Source: the human T2T-CHM13v2.0 reference genome, Homo sapiens. From it: DNA of 64,000 nt. Under the pieces are notes generated by a model, which worked only from the letters and a program-made list of their open reading frames with translations, ran no database searches and was not told the origin of the DNA. Position 1 is the first letter of the stretch; each line of letters opens with the position of its first letter. The DNA is taken from NCBI RefSeq assembly GCF_009914755.1, contig NC_060937.1; one strand, given 5' to 3'. The position numbers and the translations under genes were made by a program. Positions 61,537-64,000 of this stretch are shown here, one piece after another.

Positions 61537-62206
61537 CGCGCACGCGCGCACACACACACACAATTTCCATATCTAGTTCAGAGAGCACACTCACTTCCCC
61601 CTTTCACAGTACGCAGGCTGAGTAAAACCCGCCCCACCCTCCACCCGTTGGCTGACGAAACCCCTTCTCTACAATTTATGAAAAAGATGATCTGGGCCGG
61701 GCACGCTAGCTCACGCCTGTCACTCCGGCACTTTGGGAGGCCGAGGCGGGTGGATCGCTTGGGGCCGGGAGTTCGAGACCAGGCTGGCCGACGTGGCGAA
61801 ACCCCGTCTCTCTGAAAAATAGAACGATTAGCCGGGCCTGGTGGCGTGGGCTTGGAATCACGACCGCTCGGGAGACTGGGGCGGGCGACTTGTTCCAACC
61901 GGGGAGGCCGAGGTTGCGATGAGCTGAGATCGTGCCGTGGCGATGCGGCCTGGATGACGGAGCGAGACCCCGTGTCGAGAGAATCATGATGTTATTATAA
62001 GATGAGTTGTGCGCGGTGATGGCCGCCTGTAGTCGCGGCTACTCGGGAGGCTGAGACGAGGAGAAGATCACTTGAGGCCCCACAGGTCGAGGCTTCGGTC
62101 GGCCGTGACCCACTGTATCCTGGGCAGTCACCGGTCAAGGAGATATGCCCCTTCCCCGTTTGCTTTTCTTTTCTTCCCTTCTCTTTTCTTCTTTTTGCTT
62201 CTCTTT

Positions 62207-62258
<52 letters not shown>

Positions 62259-63078
62259 TTTCTCTCTTCCCCTCTTTCTTTCCTGCCTTCCTGCCTTTCT
62301 TCTTTTCTTCTTTCCTCCCTTCCTCCCTTCCTTCTTTCCTCCCGCCTCAGCCTCCCAAAGTGCTGGGATGACTGGCGTGAGGCACCATGCCTGCTTGGCC
62401 CAAAGAGACCCTCTTGGAAAGTGAGACGCAGAGAGCGCCTTCCAGTGATCTCATTGACTGATTTAGAGACGGCATCTCGCTCCGTCACCCCGGCAGTGGT
62501 GCCGTCGTAACTCACTCCCTGCAGCGTGGACGCTCCTGGACTCGAGCGATCCTTCCACCTCAGCCTCCAGAGTACAGAGCCTGGGACCGCGGGCACGCGC
62601 CACTGTGCCCACACCGTTTTTAATTGGTTTTTTTTTCCCCCGAGACAGAGTTTCACTCTCGTGGCCTAGACTGCAGTGCGGTGGCGCGATCTTGGCTCAC
62701 CGCAACCTCTGCCTCCCGGTTTCAAGCGATTCTCCTGCATCGGCCTCCTGAGTAGCCGGGATTGCGGGCATGCGCTGCCACGTCTGGCTGATTTCGTATT
62801 TTTAGTGGAGACGGGGCTTCTCCATGTCGATCGGGCTGGTTTCGAACTCCCGACCTCAGGTGATCCGCCCTCCCCGGCCTCCGGAAGTGCTGGGATGACA
62901 GGCGTGAGCCACCGCGCCCGGCCTTCATTTTTAAATGTTTTCCCACAGACGGGGTCTCATCATTTCTTTGCAACCCTCCTGCCCGGCGTCTCAAAGTGCT
63001 GGCGTGACGGGCGTGAGCCACTGCGCCTGGACTCCGGGGAATGACTCACGACCACCATCGCTCTACTGATCCTTTCTC

Positions 63079-63126
<48 letters not shown>

Positions 63127-63185
63127 GATGAATTATCTTATGATTTATTTGTGTACTTATTTTCAGACGGAGTCTCGCTCTGGGC
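58625..63185. mobile_element. Alu/microsatellite cluster (second unit)
   Basis: Copy of 11655-16215. Confidence 0.88.
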
Positions 63186-63598
63186 GGGGCGAGGCGAGGC
63201 GAGGCACAGCGCATCGCTTTGGAAGCCGCGGCAACGCCTTTCAAAGCCCCATTCGTATGCACAGAGCCTTATTCCCTTCCTGGAGTTGGAGCTGATGCCT
63301 TCCGTAGCCTTGGGCTTCTCTCCATTCGGAAGCTTTGACAGGCGCAACCCCACCCAGAGGCTGGCTGCGGCTGAGGATTAGGGGGTGTGTTGGGGCTGAA
63401 AACTGGGTCCCCTATTTTTGATACCTCAGCCGACACATCCCCCGACCGCCATCGCTTGCTCGCCCTCTGAGATCCCCCGCCTCCACCGCCTTGCAGGCTC
63501 ACCTCTTACTTTCATTTCTTCCTTTCTTGCGTTTGAGGAGGGGGTGCGGGAATGAGGGTGTGTGTGGGGAGGGGGTGCGGGGTGGGGACGGAGGGGAG

Positions 63599-64000
63599 CG
63601 TCCTAAGGGTCGATTTAGTGTCATGCCTCTTTCACCACCACCGCCACCACCGAAGATGACAGCAAGGATCGGCTAAATACCGCGTGTTCTCATCTAGAAG
63701 TGGGAACTTACAGATGACAGTTCTTGCATGGGCAGAACGAGGGGGACCGGGGACGCGGAAGCCTGCTTGAGGGAGGAGGGGTGGAAGGAGAGACAGCTTC
63801 AGGAAGAAAACAAAACACGAATACTGTCGGACACAGCACTGACTACCCGGGTGATGAAATCATCTGCACACTGAACACCCCCGTCACAAGTTTACCTATG
63901 TCACAGTCTTGCACATGTATGCTTGAACGACAAATAAAAGTTAGGGGGGAGAAGAGAGGAGAGAGAGAGAGAGAGAGAGACAGAGAGAGACAGAGAGAGA
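63599..64000 (+). repeat. Start of LR1 of the second unit (truncated)
   Basis: Copy of 16629-17030. Confidence 0.92.

Overview
This is human (hominid) ribosomal DNA tandem array on the + strand, about 1.36 repeat units with a period of exactly 46,970 bp. The window opens in the 3' part of 18S and runs through ITS1, 5.8S, ITS2, 28S and the 3'ETS. A complete ~33.6-kb intergenic spacer (IGS) follows, containing four Sal-box R repeats, many Alus, two Long Repeats with CT-rich blocks, a CDC27 retrocopy, and spacer-promoter/CTCF/T0 elements. Then come the Pol I promoter (TSS 42123), a complete 45S unit, and the start of the next IGS. I find no credible protein-coding gene; the ORF track reflects GC-rich or simple-repeat sequence, except for remnants of the CDC27 pseudogene. 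I see no wholly new biological system. The most notable observations are: (1) the same GATTACA->GATGACA change in about 13 separately inserted Alus; (2) the CDC27 retrocopy appears to be a ~3.8-kb TSD-flanked insertion that reads through a splice donor into intron-like sequence ending in poly(A); (3) perfect palindromes inside that pseudogene; (4) a chimeric extra R repeat and a ~1.13-kb duplication that lengthen this unit; (5) a thrice-dispersed IGS element, one copy of which carries the first 11 nt of the Pol I start site beside a CTCF-like motif. Comparisons to reference sequences are from memory and were not computed.
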